A DNA stretch of 64,000 nucleotides. Origin: Cetorhinus maximus. Lineage: Eukaryota. Numbering within the stretch: position 1 is the first letter of the stretch; every line of letters begins with the position of its first letter. The stretch covers positions 11,966,001-12,030,000 of the forward strand of contig NC_135896.1 in the NCBI RefSeq assembly GCF_964194155.1. Direction: 5' to 3'. Made by a program: the position numbers and the translations under genes. The notes under the pieces were generated by a model. It was given only the letters and a program-made list of their open reading frames with translations, made no database searches and was not told the origin of the DNA. Below are positions 49,960 to 62,469 of the stretch, in pieces.

Positions 49960-51190
49960 CTTAAGAATATAAGGAGCAAGGAGTAGACCATATGGCCCCT
50001 CAATGGCTCTGCCATTCAATACGAGCATGGTTGATCTTCTGCCTCAACTCCACTTACCCACCCACTCCCCATGTCCCTTCATTCCCTGAAAGACCAAAAT
50101 CTGTCTATCCAAGCCTTAAATATATTCAACGATGTAGCATCCACAACGCTCTGGGGTAGAAAATTCCAAAGATTCACAACCTTTTGAGTGAACAATTTTC
50201 TCCTCATCTCAGTCCTAAATAATTAGCCCCTTATCCTGAGGCTATGCCCTCGCGTTCTAGTTTCCCCAGCCAAGGGAAACAACCTCTCAGTGTCTCCCCT
50301 GTCAAGCCCCTTCAGAATCTTGTATGCTTCATTGAGATCAGCTTTCATTCTTCTAAACTCCAGAGAGTATAAGCCCAATTTAATAATTTCTCACCCTGGG
50401 AACCAATCTCGTGAACTTTTGCTGTACTGCCTCCAATATATCATTCCTTAGATATGGAGACAAAAACTGTGCACAGTATTCCAGGTATGGTCTCATTGTA
50501 CTATTATATCAAGACTTGCTTATTCATTTACTCCAATTCCCTTGCAATAAAGACCAACATGCCACTTGCCTTTCTAATTACTTGCTGTACTTACATGTTT
50601 CTGTGATCCTTGTATGAAGCATCAACGTTTACAAGTTTCACACCTTTTAAAAAATATTCCTTTTTCTATTCTTACTGCCAAAGTGAATAACCTCACACCT
50701 CCCCACATTATAGTCCATCTGCCACCTTGTTGCCCACTAATTTTACGTGTCTATATCTCTTGGCGGCCTCTTTGTGTCCTCCCCACAGTTTACATTCCCA
50801 CATAGATTTGTATCGTCAGCAAATTAGATACATTACTCTTCGTGTCTTTGCCTAAGTCATTAGTATAGACTATAAAAAGCTGATGCTCCAGCACTGATCC
50901 TTGTGGCATTCTACTAGTTACAGACTGCCAACTTGAAAATTCCCATTTCTCCCTACTCTTTGCTTCTTGACCATTAATCAAACCTCCATCCATTCAAACA
51001 AATTACCCCTTTCTCTATGAACCCTTATCTTTGCAATAACCTTTTGTGTGACACCTTATCAAATGCTTTTGGAAATCCAAGTATACTACATCTACTGGTT
51101 CCTTCATCTATCCTACAAGTTAGATCATCAAAAAACTGTAATAAAATTGTCAAACATCATTTCCTTTTTGTAAAACCATGTTGATTTTGG
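49960..51190 (-). mobile_element. CR1 LINE fragment with RT remnants
   Basis: SSWQSVTSRMPQGSVL...LFIVYTNDL (RT core motifs, degraded) plus CR1 3' end. Confidence 0.85.
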
Positions 51191-51490
51191 TTAGGCCACA
51201 GCCTCGAGTATTGTGGACAATTATGGGCACCACACTTTAGGAAGAATGTATAGGCCTTGGAGAGGGTACAGAGATTTACTAGAATGGTACAAAGGATGAG
51301 GGACGTCAGTTGTCTGGAGAAACTAGAGAAGTCGGGATTGCTCTCCTTAGAGCAGGGAAAGTTAAGGGGAGATTTAATTGAGGCGTTCAAAATCATAAAG
51401 GGTTTTGATAGAGTAAATACGTTGAAACTCTTTCCAGTGACAGAAGGGTTGGTAATCAGACACACAGCTTTAAGGCAATTGGTAAAAGAA
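51190..51490 (+). mobile_element. CR1 LINE fragment
   Basis: LEYCGQLWAPH...ERVQRFTRMV...LRGDLIEAFKIIKGFDRV. Confidence 0.82.
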
Positions 51491-53434
51491 CCATAAACAA
51501 AATGGAAAAAAAATATTGCAATAAACATTTGAGTGTCATCATTGGGAGCGGTAAAACCAAATCTGGAATTCACATCATGGACACTCACGCACAGGGATGA
51601 ATGGTTAATGATGAGAAACAGGATTCCCCTGGTGCTAAATCCAATGACACTGAAGCTAATTGCGGTGTCCTTACTGCTGTCTCAGACAAGATCAACCAAC
51701 TGAGCATAGATCAAGCAGCATTTCCAACAGGTTTGTGATCTGTATGACACACGGCACAGGTTGATCATTCACATTTATCCACCAAATCACTAACAGGGTT
51801 AAAATTGATTGTATAATTATTAACAAATTGCCCATGCCATTACTCACTCTGAGGAAGAGGATATGCTGTTTTATAACTAGGTGTGTTACTAACATGGTTT
51901 CACATGGAAAGTGTGGCAGAATATAGGTGTGATACATTAAGGAATCTCGCTATGTGCAAAATGGCTGGCACATTTGTCTACATCACAAAAATCAATGCAC
52001 ATCGAAAACTTTGCAATGTTTCTAAGTGACTGTATACAAAGCTTGAAATAAATAAGTAATTCTTTGCTGCTTATATCTCTTACATATATCACAATGATTA
52101 ACAAGCTTTGACAAATCACAAGTATTAGAGCAATACTAATATTAACAGGTTCCCATTTGATTTATTGCATTTATTGTTAAAGTTCTTTGTGGACTAAAGT
52201 TGAGCAATCTCAAAATTATTCGCACTTAAAGAGATCATTAGGAAAGCTGCTGTGAGGTAAAAAAAATTATGCTGGTGTAATATGAGTAGTTTTCTGAGGT
52301 TATGGTTAAGAATTTAGGGCAGCTTTAAGGATAGGGGCAGCTTGATTCAGTGCCTGTGGTCTTGCTAATGATTCAGAAAGCTTTGAGTTCAGACCCAACA
52401 GCAGAGAACAAAACCTAGGCTGACACTTCAATGTAGTAGTGAGGGAATGCTGCTTTGCCACAGACCTGCTCTCATGAATGCCTAGTCTAGGTGAATGTAA
52501 AAGATCCCATGGCACTATGTTAAGGACACTGAGCTCTCGAGATATTCTGGTTGTCATCGTTCCCTCGACTAATACAATGCTGAGGATGTGAATGGCATAG
52601 TCTTTCTTTACTGAGAGAATACTACATTCTCAGAGGACCATCTCTCAGATGTGCAATGGAAGCAAGAACCACCTGCCAGTAATGTCGAATATTAAAGCTC
52701 CATGATACTATTCTCCTGTATATTGGCCAACATTCCTCCCACAACCAATCAGAGGGTATGGTAGCCTAATGGTTATGACACTGGAATAATTACCACAGAA
52801 CTTGAGTTCAAATCTCACCATGACAAGTTGGACAATAGAATTCAATAAATTTGGTAATTTGTGGTCCATCACCAGAAAATGACCATGAAAGCTGCTTTTG
52901 GTATGTATGGTAATATTCTAAGAACAAGGAGTAGGCCATTTAGGACTGAGATGAAGAGGAATTTCTTCATTCAGAGGGTGGTGAATCTTTGGAATTCACT
53001 ATCCCAGTGGGCTGTGGAAGCTCAATCATTGAGCATGTTCAAGACAGAATTTGATAGATTTCTGGATACTAAAGACACCAAGGGATATGGGAATAGAGGG
53101 GAAAAATGGCATAGAGGTAGATGATCAGCCATGGTCTGTTTGAATAACGGAGCAGGCTCCATGGGCCAAATAGTCTACTCCTATGTTCCTAGCTATAGTC
53201 CACAGAAAACCATTGGCATGTCCTTCCATTAGAGAGAGACAAGTAGTTATATAGCTTGAGGGCATCACTCATCATTAAGCCACAAGTAAGGCAAGGAGTC
53301 AACCCTCCATGAACTACCACAGCCAGTACAGAGATTGAACCCATGCTGTTGGCATTATTCTGCACCACACTATAGCAATCTAGCCAACTGAGCTAACCAA
53401 CACCCCACTAAAGTTGCTTTAATATTATAGAAAG

Positions 53435-53755
53435 GAAGATTTGCAAGGACATAACACCTTTCATAATCTCAGAGCATCCCATTGGCTGTCCAGCCAATTA
53501 AGTATCTATGAAGTGTAGTCACTGTTGTAATGTAGGAAATACAGCAGCCCAATTTCTGCACAGCAAACTCCCACGAACATCAATGTGATAATAACCAGAT
53601 AATCTGTTTTAGTGATGTTGATTAAGGGATAAATGTTGGACAGAGTAATGGGGATAACCCCAACCTCACCCCGGCTCTTTTTCATAATAGTAGCCATGGA
53701 GTTTTTTACATTCACCTGAGAGGGCAGTCACCTTTGTCCTGAGCTGGTTTGTCAG
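53435..53755 (-). mobile_element. DeuSINE 3' portion
   Basis: Reverse complement of the Deu-domain and tail (gtagtcactgttgtaatgtaggaaat...cagcaaactcccac). Confidence 0.72.
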
Positions 53756-53762
53756 TCTAGAT

Positions 53763-56004
53763 CAGGGGTGTCCGCCTCTTCACTCACTAAATATTTTTCT
53801 CACTCAAGGGGCCCGGTGAGCAAAATTTTGGAAAGGTCAGGCATTGGAAATTTATCTCACTACTAATCAAAACAACAAAAAAAATGTGCATTTTTAGGAA
53901 CAAGCTTCAAATGGGAAGACTAATTTATCAGCTTACTTTCTCGTCACTTTATTGAACACTGATTTAATGAGATATCTGGGATCATTTTTGCTTGCACCAG
54001 TAGTCAATGCCTGCCAGCAAACCTGATGCAGCAATCCAAAATATTCCGGATACATGTCCGTCTGTCAGGAGTGATCTTGATTTTGTTTTCATATTTTTTC
54101 ATTCTTGAAAACAGCTGTTTGCAGCCTAATGCGCTGCCAAACAGTGCAATGAGTCCAAGGGCATGTTTCGATAGATTTGGATAGCACTCTGAGGGAACAT
54201 ATTGACTATAAAATGTCAGAAGGTCATGGTCTGCGAAAGCTCTCTTCATGTCACTGTCATTTTGGGTCTCAATTAATTCCAGTTGGAACATGTCGTAAGA
54301 ATCAGTGGCATCGGTTCTAAATGGATCTGCAAACAGCTTCAGTTCATCACAGTGTTTCCTGAAATCTGCAAATATTCTTAGGCTGCCGATCAGTGAAGAA
54401 TAATTTTCATGGTTTACTATCTCAACATAACTTATGAATCCTCCTCCTATTTCAGCTACCATGCCCTAAGAGGGTGTTGGCGACCATGGACTTCAATTGG
54501 ATTGGTCCATGATTGCACTTGGTAAAGTGCTAGAGTGGTTTGCTGTTGCCTAGTGTAATATAGCTGATCAAGAAACTCTACCACTCTTCCCATCTGCTAT
54601 CAGGCGTATTGGAAGGATTTAATCAATCTGTTTTGCTATGTTATGAATGCTTCCACAGCCATGGAGTTCTGAAGTGGGGCTTGAATCCAGAGCTTCTGGC
54701 CCAGAGGAGGGAAGGTAGGAAGGCTACCACTGCACCTCAAGGCCTCTAACCTTGTTGATAGCATTACGGAATGGACAACTTTCTTCATAATCAACTGTTT
54801 TGGAGTCAATTCTAACTTCTGAATGAACGCTTGGACATGCTCATACAGAATGTTGACAAATTGTTCCTTTCCTTGTAGTTTCACGTTCAAGTCTGCAAGA
54901 TACTTGGTGATGTCAACTAGGAATGCCAAGTCATTAAACCACTCATCATCATCCATGAAGCTCACATCTTTTCCTTTGTTTATCATGAAGGTTTTTATTT
55001 CTTCAAGCAATGACCAGAATCTGGCTAATGTGGCTGCCCTGGTGAGCCAGCGAACATGGCATCATAATCTGACCCTATCAAAGGCTAAGATAGGCTTGGA
55101 GCTGTCTGTGATTGAGACCCTTGAACCTTATGAAATTGACTGTAGAAGCAACCTTTTCGATCATATGTTTCATCTCCAGGGTCTTTGAACACAGCTGTTC
55201 TTGGTGAATGAAGCAATGGTGTGTGATGACTTCATGAGACGGTGATTTGAGCATTAGGCTAACGAATCCATGGTGCTTGTCTGTCGTCACAGGAGCTCCA
55301 TCAGTTGTTAAGCCACAAAGTTTGTCCTCTGGAAGATTGAATTTCACCAAGACACTTAATTAAAAATGTCCTGTCCCGTTGTTGTAACTTTCATTGGACG
55401 TAGGTCCAGCAGTTCCTCAACAACTTCAAATGTTCGTGAAAAGATTGCCAGTTCAGCTGTCTCATTCACATCTGTTTTTTCATCTAGCCCTAAACTGTAA
55501 AACTGACATGCATTGAGTCTTTTGATCACAGAATTTTGAATGCTAGGTCATCTAATCTTCTAGCAATAGTTGATGTGAAAGGCTGGTTTCCCTGATGTAA
55601 ATATGCCCAAGCAGACTTTCACAAATTCCCCATCAGGCAATGGTTTCCCTCTCTCGGCTATTGTTATAGATGTTGCCCTATTGATTCTGCTCAATAAAAA
55701 AAAAAATTGGTCCAAGAGCCTTTGGAGTCTCGACATTCAGCATTAATTTTCCTTCTCTTGCCTCTAATCAAGGGAGTTGCCATCTTTGTTTTGATTTGTA
55801 CTTTGGGTGGCTGTTATTTTAGATAGATATTTGAAAGATTTTGAAGTCGATCGAGTGAAAAACTCAGGTGAAGAAGAAAAGTCTGAAACTCACTTGGCCT
55901 ACATTCTTCAGTACCCGTCGGCACAAGTTATGAGAGGTTGGCAGACCAGATAGAAACCTTTGGCTGATCGGACCCTGGGATAGGGCGTATGTTGAACAAC
56001 CCTA
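53763..56004 (-). mobile_element. Degenerate hAT (Charlie/Buster; SPIN/GTF2IRD2-like) DNA transposon
   Basis: Broken transposase frames with TTDGAP, HCFIHQEQLCSK, VNFIR..LNHRQ, LAFLVDIT..LNVKLQGK, YPNL..HAL...FGS..CKQLFSRMK; termini CAGGGGTGTCC / GAACAACCCTA; left flank GTCTAGAT fits the NTCTAGAN target; foreign insert at ~54390-54745. Confidence 0.88.
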
Positions 56005-56334
56005 ATTTATGTTATGCGTTATGTGCCTGTCTCCAGAACCAGGGTAAGCAACCGTCCCTTATTTTACAGCATTGCCCCATATTTGAGGCCACGGTCCTGT
56101 CTCCCGGGCTGCCCGGACACCGCTTCCCATTTAAGGTGGTCCTTTAAATCTTGCACATGCACAGTACCTGCTCTCCTCAGTTCTACAACCACCCACCCCC
56201 ATCAGCTCTCACAGCTTTGGCAGTCCCTCCCTGCTCTCATAGCTCTGGTAGCAGTCCCCCCACTCTAACAAACTCCCAAACCAGAGTGTCTCTTAATCTT
56301 CTCTGCGAGAGTTGGTCACCTTGTACAGAACAGG

Positions 56335-58190
56335 ATAAAAGCAAAATACTGCAGATGCTGGAAATCTGAAACAAAAACTTAAAATGCTGGAAAAACTCAG
56401 CAGGTCTAGCAGCATCTGTGAAGAGAGAAACAGAGTTAACGTTTTGAGTCCATATGATCCTTCTTCAGAGCTGAAGAGAAGTGGAAATGTGTTCAAATTT
56501 ATACTATTTAAGGGGGGTGGGGCAGATGGAGCTGGATAGAAGGCCAGCGATAGGTGGGGACAAAGGAGGGATTGACAAAGATGTCAGGAACTGAGGAACA
56601 AAGGGACTGTTGATAGTGGTGGTTAGTGCTAAAAAAGGTGCTAATAGTGGCATAAAGATAAAGCAGAATGTGATTATAGCAGGGGTAGCATTGTGTGAAA
56701 GAACAACATGGAACAAGTGACAGATGACCCTGTGGGGGATGGCGGGGAAGAGGGGGCAGTGGCGGAGAAAGAAAAGGATAGAAAAGGGAATAAAACCACA
56801 GATAAATGAATAAAGATAAGTGGATAAAAAATAAAATGAATGTAGAAAAAAGGGGGTGAGGATGGAGGAGAGAGTTCATGCTCTGAAGTTGTTGAACTCA
56901 ATGTTAACTCCAGAAGGCTATAAGGTGCTGTTCCTTCAGTTTGTGTCGGGCTTCACTGGAACATTGCAGCAGGCCTAGGACAGACATGTGGGCAAGAGAG
57001 CAGGATGGTGTGTTGAAATGGCAAGCGACAGGAAGGTCTGGGTCAAGCTTGCGGATAGACTGGAGGTGATCTGCAAAGCAGCCACCCAGTCTGCGTTTGG
57101 TCTCTCCAATGTAGAGACCGCATTGGCCTTTCCTCTTCCTTACAGATGCTAAGGAATGCAAGCTCCAACAACTTATTGATACCAACGCCCATCCAGGACC
57201 CTCCAACCCTTCCCGTCCCTCTGACCCCATCCCGTCTTCTAATCCCAGCGCTTGCCATGTATTCACCATACCCTCTGACCTTCCCCTCTCTGATGCTGAA
57301 TGTTCTGTACTCAGCTAAGGACTCAGTTTCATACTCTTGCGTCCTCATCTCAATGAATTTCGGGCTCGGCACGATGCTGAACTCTTCTTCCGCTGCCTTC
57401 GTCACCACGCTCACTTCTTTGGGCAGGAGTCCTCCCTCCGTTCCACGGATCTTTTCATTTGCCTCCAGTATTCTCCCTCTGGCCTCTTACCTGCTCTCGC
57501 TCTTTTCTTTGAGAACTGTCGGCATGACATCGGCAGCCTCAATTTTTCTGCCCCTCTCACCCACTCTAACCTGTCTCCTTCTGAACTTGCTGAACATATC
57601 CGGTCTGTCTGCAAGCATAACCCAAACCTTCCTGTCGCTAGCCATTTCAACACACCATCCTGCTCTCAAGCCCACATGTCTGTCCTTGGCCTGCTGCAAT
57701 GTTCCAGTGAAGCCCAACGCAAATTGAAGGAACAGCACCTCATCTTCCGAATAGGCTCCTTTACAGCCTTGACATTGAGTTTTCTATCCTTTTTTTTCCC
57801 CGCCACTGCCCCATCCATCCACAACAGGGCCATCTGTTACTTGCTCCATGTTGTCCTTTCACACAATGCTACCCCCTGCTGTAAACACATTCTGTTTTCT
57901 TACTTATATGCCATTCTTAGCACCTTTTTTTTAGCACTAACCACCACCATCAACACTCCCTTTGTTCTTCAGTTCATGACATCACAATCCCTCCCTCCTT
58001 TGTCCCCGCCTTCGCTCCAGCTCCACCTGTCCCACACACCTCCCCCCCCCCAAATAAATTTTAATCACATTGCCACTTCTCTTCAGCTCTGAAGAAGTGT
58101 CATATGGATTCGAAACTTTAACTGTTTCTCTCTCCACAGATGCTGCTAGACCTGCTGAGTTTCCCTCCACCCACCCAGCATTTTCTGTTT
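56335..58190. mobile_element. Penelope-like retroelement, fold-back arrangement (minus copy ~56335-57120, plus copy ~57125-58190)
   Basis: GIY-YIG remnants LYIGETKRRL...HL.SIRK..PVACHFN (minus) and EHIRSV...PVASHFN...LKEQHLIFRIGS (plus); 14-bp TSD TTGTACAGA(A/G)CAGG. Confidence 0.9.
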
Positions 58191-58319
58191 TTGTACAGAG
58201 CAGGGTTTGAACCCACAACCTTCTGACTCAGAGACAAGAGTACAACCAATGACCTAAAGCTGACACTCTAGGAACTAAACAGTAGGGACTTTCAAAACTA
58301 AAGCAGAACCCCAGTTAAA

Positions 58320-59166
58320 GCAGCGAGTTCCGCCGGAAGGATTTGTAAGGAGCTCTTTCCGGAAAGGTTTGACACGATGACGTCCGTTTTTCTAGCATTT
58401 CCTAAACGGGCGATGGCCCAGGGAAGCAAAAAAAAAAATCATGACCAGCGTCTTAGATCACGGATCAGTCAATTACTGCTTAAAAGCAGAAAAAAGATAA
58501 ATCCTTCAGCCAACCAATTAAAAGAAAGAAATGGAAAATAAAACTTCTTGGTGCGCGTTCAGTCAGCCAGTGATTAACATCTCGCAGGCACCGGAAGTAG
58601 GGGAGGGACAGGAGTGAGGTCCGATCAGCAGCGGGGCGGAAGTGCTTAAACGTCATGTCAATCGGAGGGCGGAAGCGTTGAAACGTCATGGCCGTGAGAG
58701 AAGGACAAGAGACAGCGTGCGGGGCGGAAGTGCCGAAACGTCATGGCGAGGAGATGGAGGGGTGAAGATAGAGACAGCGGGGCGGAAGTTCTCTTGACGT
58801 CATCGGCGAGTAGCGTGCGGTGCGGATAAAGGGGAAGGAGGAGGGGGGGGAGGGGATGGGGCAAAAGCGGCAACGACGTCACGGTTTTCTAGCATGTTCT
58901 GACGGCGACCGGATAAAGACTTGAGGAGACCGGCTGCGGGACGCTTTGGTGAAGAGGAGCCTCTGTGGCCGGGGTCTGTGATCTGTGGCCTAGCTGTCGA
59001 GCTTCCATCCCCCCCAACCTCCACCCTCTCCCTCCTCAGACAGAGCGGGATCGCCCCCCTCCCCGCTTTAATTCATTGCTTCTGCTTCCACCTTCACCAC
59101 CACCACCACCCCCCCCACCGACCCCTCCCCCGGAGCCCAGCCGCACCGACTCATCTCACTGTCACT
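58320..59166 (+). promoter_or_regulatory. AHSA1 CpG-island promoter/5'UTR
   Basis: CpG-dense; four GGGCGGAAG + ACGTCA modules, full TGACGTCA at 58795-58802, HSE-like TTCnnG(A/C)A elements. Confidence 0.82.
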
Positions 59167-59246
59167 ATGGCCAAGTGGGGACAGGGAGACCCGCGGTGGA
59201 TCGTGGAGGAGCGGGCCGATGCCACGAATGTCAATAACTGGCATTG
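59167..59246 (+). CDS. AHSA1: Activator of HSP90 ATPase 1, coding exon 1
   Basis: MAKWGQGDPRWIVEERADATNVNNWH(W)|gtaagg, 80 nt, includes the NxNNWHW motif; AHSA1 rather than AHSA2 inferred from head-to-head position with VIPAS39. Confidence 0.95.
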
Positions 59247-59269
59247 GTAAGGGCAGAAATAACCCATCT

Positions 59270-59440
59270 GTGGCTCTCCTTATCTTTGTCTCTCTCGCTT
59301 CCTATTTATCCTTTTCTACATTGCCTCTATCTACCTTTATCTCTCTTTCTGTCTCCCTTTTTCTCTTTCCCTTTCTCCCACCTGCAGAAGCCCTTTCTCC
59401 CTCGTTCTCTTGTTCCCTTTCTCTCTCTCTCTCGTACCCT
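59270..59440. repeat. CT-rich polypyrimidine tract
   Basis: Nearly all C/T on + strand. Confidence 0.75.
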
Positions 59441-62329
59441 CCATTATATAATGCGTGTATTTTTATACATGTTATTTTTTTATGTAAGTATACATTACAT
59501 TTTACACTTTTCATTGAAGTTTTTAGCATTTCTTTGCTAAGGAGGCACTTTAAGGTGGCGGGGGAGTTGAGAATGCTTTGTCTCAATGCATTTTCTTTTT
59601 TTGTTGCTTTGGTTTAAATAATTTGGATGGTCTGCAGGGGACTTATCGCTGTCATATTTTCTATTTATAAAACTTTCTGGGCCCTCTGCCACCTTTTTTT
59701 TGTTTAAATATAACACGAGTTCTGTGGTTGGCATGTACATTTTATCATCTTTCTCTCCTCGCCCCTCAGTGCTTTGAGGGGTTACATTTTTTTTTTGCAA
59801 AGGTTTGATTTTTCTTTTTTGCAACACTTCTCTCAAAACTTGGGAAACCTGGGCTTAAATGTGGAAGATCTTAAGCAGAAGAGATAAGTCTGGTATTTTT
59901 TTTCAATTAGTCTGTTGAAAGTAGAACAGGCGTTGGATGTTGAAACGGAAAATAAACTTAGGGCTGATTCTGGATGTGCTTCTTCATGCTGTCCTTCACA
60001 ATAACTTGGAACTAGCTCCCAGTTAGATTAGTGTAGGTGAACATGTCTGAATCATTTCAGAAGCATGATTGAATGTTACAGTAGGGAGAGTTGTATGCAG
60101 TTTTTGGATAGGAGAATCAAGATAGGTATGGACACCCTTTCTCAGTTGTACTGTTAATTTTCCTTCTTTCTTTTCCCTTTTGTGTCCCCACTAGTCATCC
60201 TGGTTGTTGAAGTGGGGCAGGGAAATAATGTGAATGGAGAATATGCATTTAATAGCAGGAGGAGGAGGTAAACCATGCATATTCAGAAGCAAAATACTGT
60301 GGGTGCTGGAAATCTGAGCTAAAATAGAAAATGCTGGAAATAACTCAGCAGGCATGGCAGCATCAGTGGAGAGAGAAACAGAAGGTCAGTGATCTTTCAT
60401 CAGTTGCTCTTCTGGCATTCTCTGTTTTTATTATATACCACACATATACCTGACAAGAGTTTCCCTGTGATGTCCTTAGTGTTGTATATATTTTTCTCTT
60501 GCAAATAGTGATCTAGTTTTTGTTTTGAGATAGTATGGCAATTGAAGGAACTGGAAGTGTTTTCTGTCCTGAAAAAATGCCTTGAATGGTTTAGTTGGTA
60601 AGAATATCGTTGGCTAATGTCAAGGGAAATTTAAGGCACTGTAAAGGAAGCTAGGTGCCTCTTGAGTTTGGGGAATCATAATTACTTGGGACTCCTGATG
60701 GTTATCCATCTGAGATTGGGTGTACCTAATGACTTGGCATTGATCCTGTTCACTGCCAACACTCTGCTGTGTGACATGCTTGGCCCAGGTTTCTGTGACA
60801 AATGGCACTCTTGAATAAAGCAGTAGATGTCAGCATGTGGGTCCTCTCTGTTGGGAGAGGGGCAAAGGAGAAGATTTGATGAGAAGGAGTTAAGTTTAGA
60901 ATGGGGAGGATTGTACTGTTACTCTGCATGAATCAGAAGGTTACCTTTTTAAAGTTATTGAGTTGCAGTATTGATTTTCACATGTGCTGCAAGGGGTGCC
61001 TGTCTTGATTTCTTCATTTTTATATTGGAAGTTCTGAGAGATAACATTGTTTAGTTGAGGGAAAAGGGGATGCCTGTTTTCTTGCCTCTTTCTAATGCGA
61101 GTCAAAGCTTCATGAAGCGTAGGGGTTCTGAGACCACAGAACTTAGCTTCTGTGCTGGTTCTTTTGTTAGATCCATCTCAAACTAACCCTATTGCCCTGC
61201 TCTTTCCTCACATCCTTGTATCTTTTATCTGTTTCAAATATTTATCCAGCGTCACTGTTATCAGGAAGGTGTAATTATGATAGCCAATTTTATGTACTGT
61301 TTACATTCTGTCACTTAGTAGTACAGAACTTGAATATTGCTGAAAAGCGAGACAAGTTGCTGAAGCTTTTTGTCTTCAAGACAAATGTAGGAATACCAAA
61401 TTTCAAACAATCGCAACAATTTATACTGCAGGAGCAAAGGGTATTGATTGGCTGAAATGTTGTCATGGAGAATTATAGGCTCCGCAATCTCCCAGGTAAT
61501 TCAAAAAAAGGTGCAAGGATTGAACATTTTTTTGTAGAGAGCAGGTCCTTCTGTATAAATGTATTTTGCTTCTAGCAAGTATAAATTAACCATGTTGCGA
61601 GCTCAATTGATTTATCTTAAATTACTTGTTAATGTAGCTATTATTACAATCAGGATTGTTATACAAATACTGCCCCATCACGAAATTGCATCTATCAGTT
61701 GAGGTTTTGCAATCACAGGCCAGTTGGGTACGGGTCTGTACTCTGCCTATGACAAACAACCAAAAGAACCTGCTGTTTGACTCGATCAGCCAGTTGTTGG
61801 GCCGTATGTGGCACATGCCTGGCATCACACCAGTGTGAAATACATACACAATGTTACTCAATTGTATGGTAGGCAGAATCCTTTTAGTGAAAAATCCCAT
61901 TTGCCACTACATTGTAGCTGTGTGAAGCTGCTTGCTTAACCTGTTATTCAAATTTGAGATACTTTGCCTTTCCAGGGTCATTTGAGATAGTTGGGAACTT
62001 TTCAGGTCTGAATTTTAAAAAATTCATTCATGGGCATTGCTGGTTAGGCCAGCATTTATTTCCCGTCCCTATTTGCCCTTGAAGGTGGTGGTGAGTGGCC
62101 TTCTTGAACTGCTGCAGTCCATGTGGTTTCAGTGGTGGTGGTGTTCCCATGTGTCTGCTGCCCTTGTCCTTCTAGCTGGTAGTGGTCATGTGTTTGGAAC
62201 ATAACAAACAATGATCTGATCAGGATAGCTTTGCACTCTATTTCTGTGTCAAGTGTGCGAGGTGAGTAAATGGCTAGGGCCCTGAAATGCAAATTGTTGT
62301 GATTGTTTGAAATTTGGCATTCTTGCATT

Positions 62330-62363
62330 TGTCCTGATGAGTGTAAGATGAAAAGCTTCGACA
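62330..62363 (+). ncRNA. Minimal type I hammerhead ribozyme motif in AHSA1 intron 1
   Basis: TGTC-CTGATGA-gtgtaagat-GAAA-agct-TC-GACA: stem I TGTC/GACA, conserved core, palindromic AAGCTT in place of stem III, UUC cleavage triplet. Confidence 0.62.
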
Positions 62364-62469
62364 TGTCTCTTTTTAGCAATATTACAGTATCATTATAAAT
62401 GGAGAAGGTTAATACAAGTGCACATAGAAATAAGATTTAATATAAGGGCACTTCATTTTAACCTACATT

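Noticed and set aside
54004-55350. Domesticated GTF2IRD2/ZBED-type host gene
   Set aside because: Multiple frameshifts, a nested insertion and retained termini indicate a decayed transposon.
58921-59166. In-frame N-terminal extension of AHSA1 (109-aa ORF from a TTG)
   Set aside because: Non-ATG start in GC-rich 5'UTR; homology begins at ATG 59167, which has a good Kozak context.
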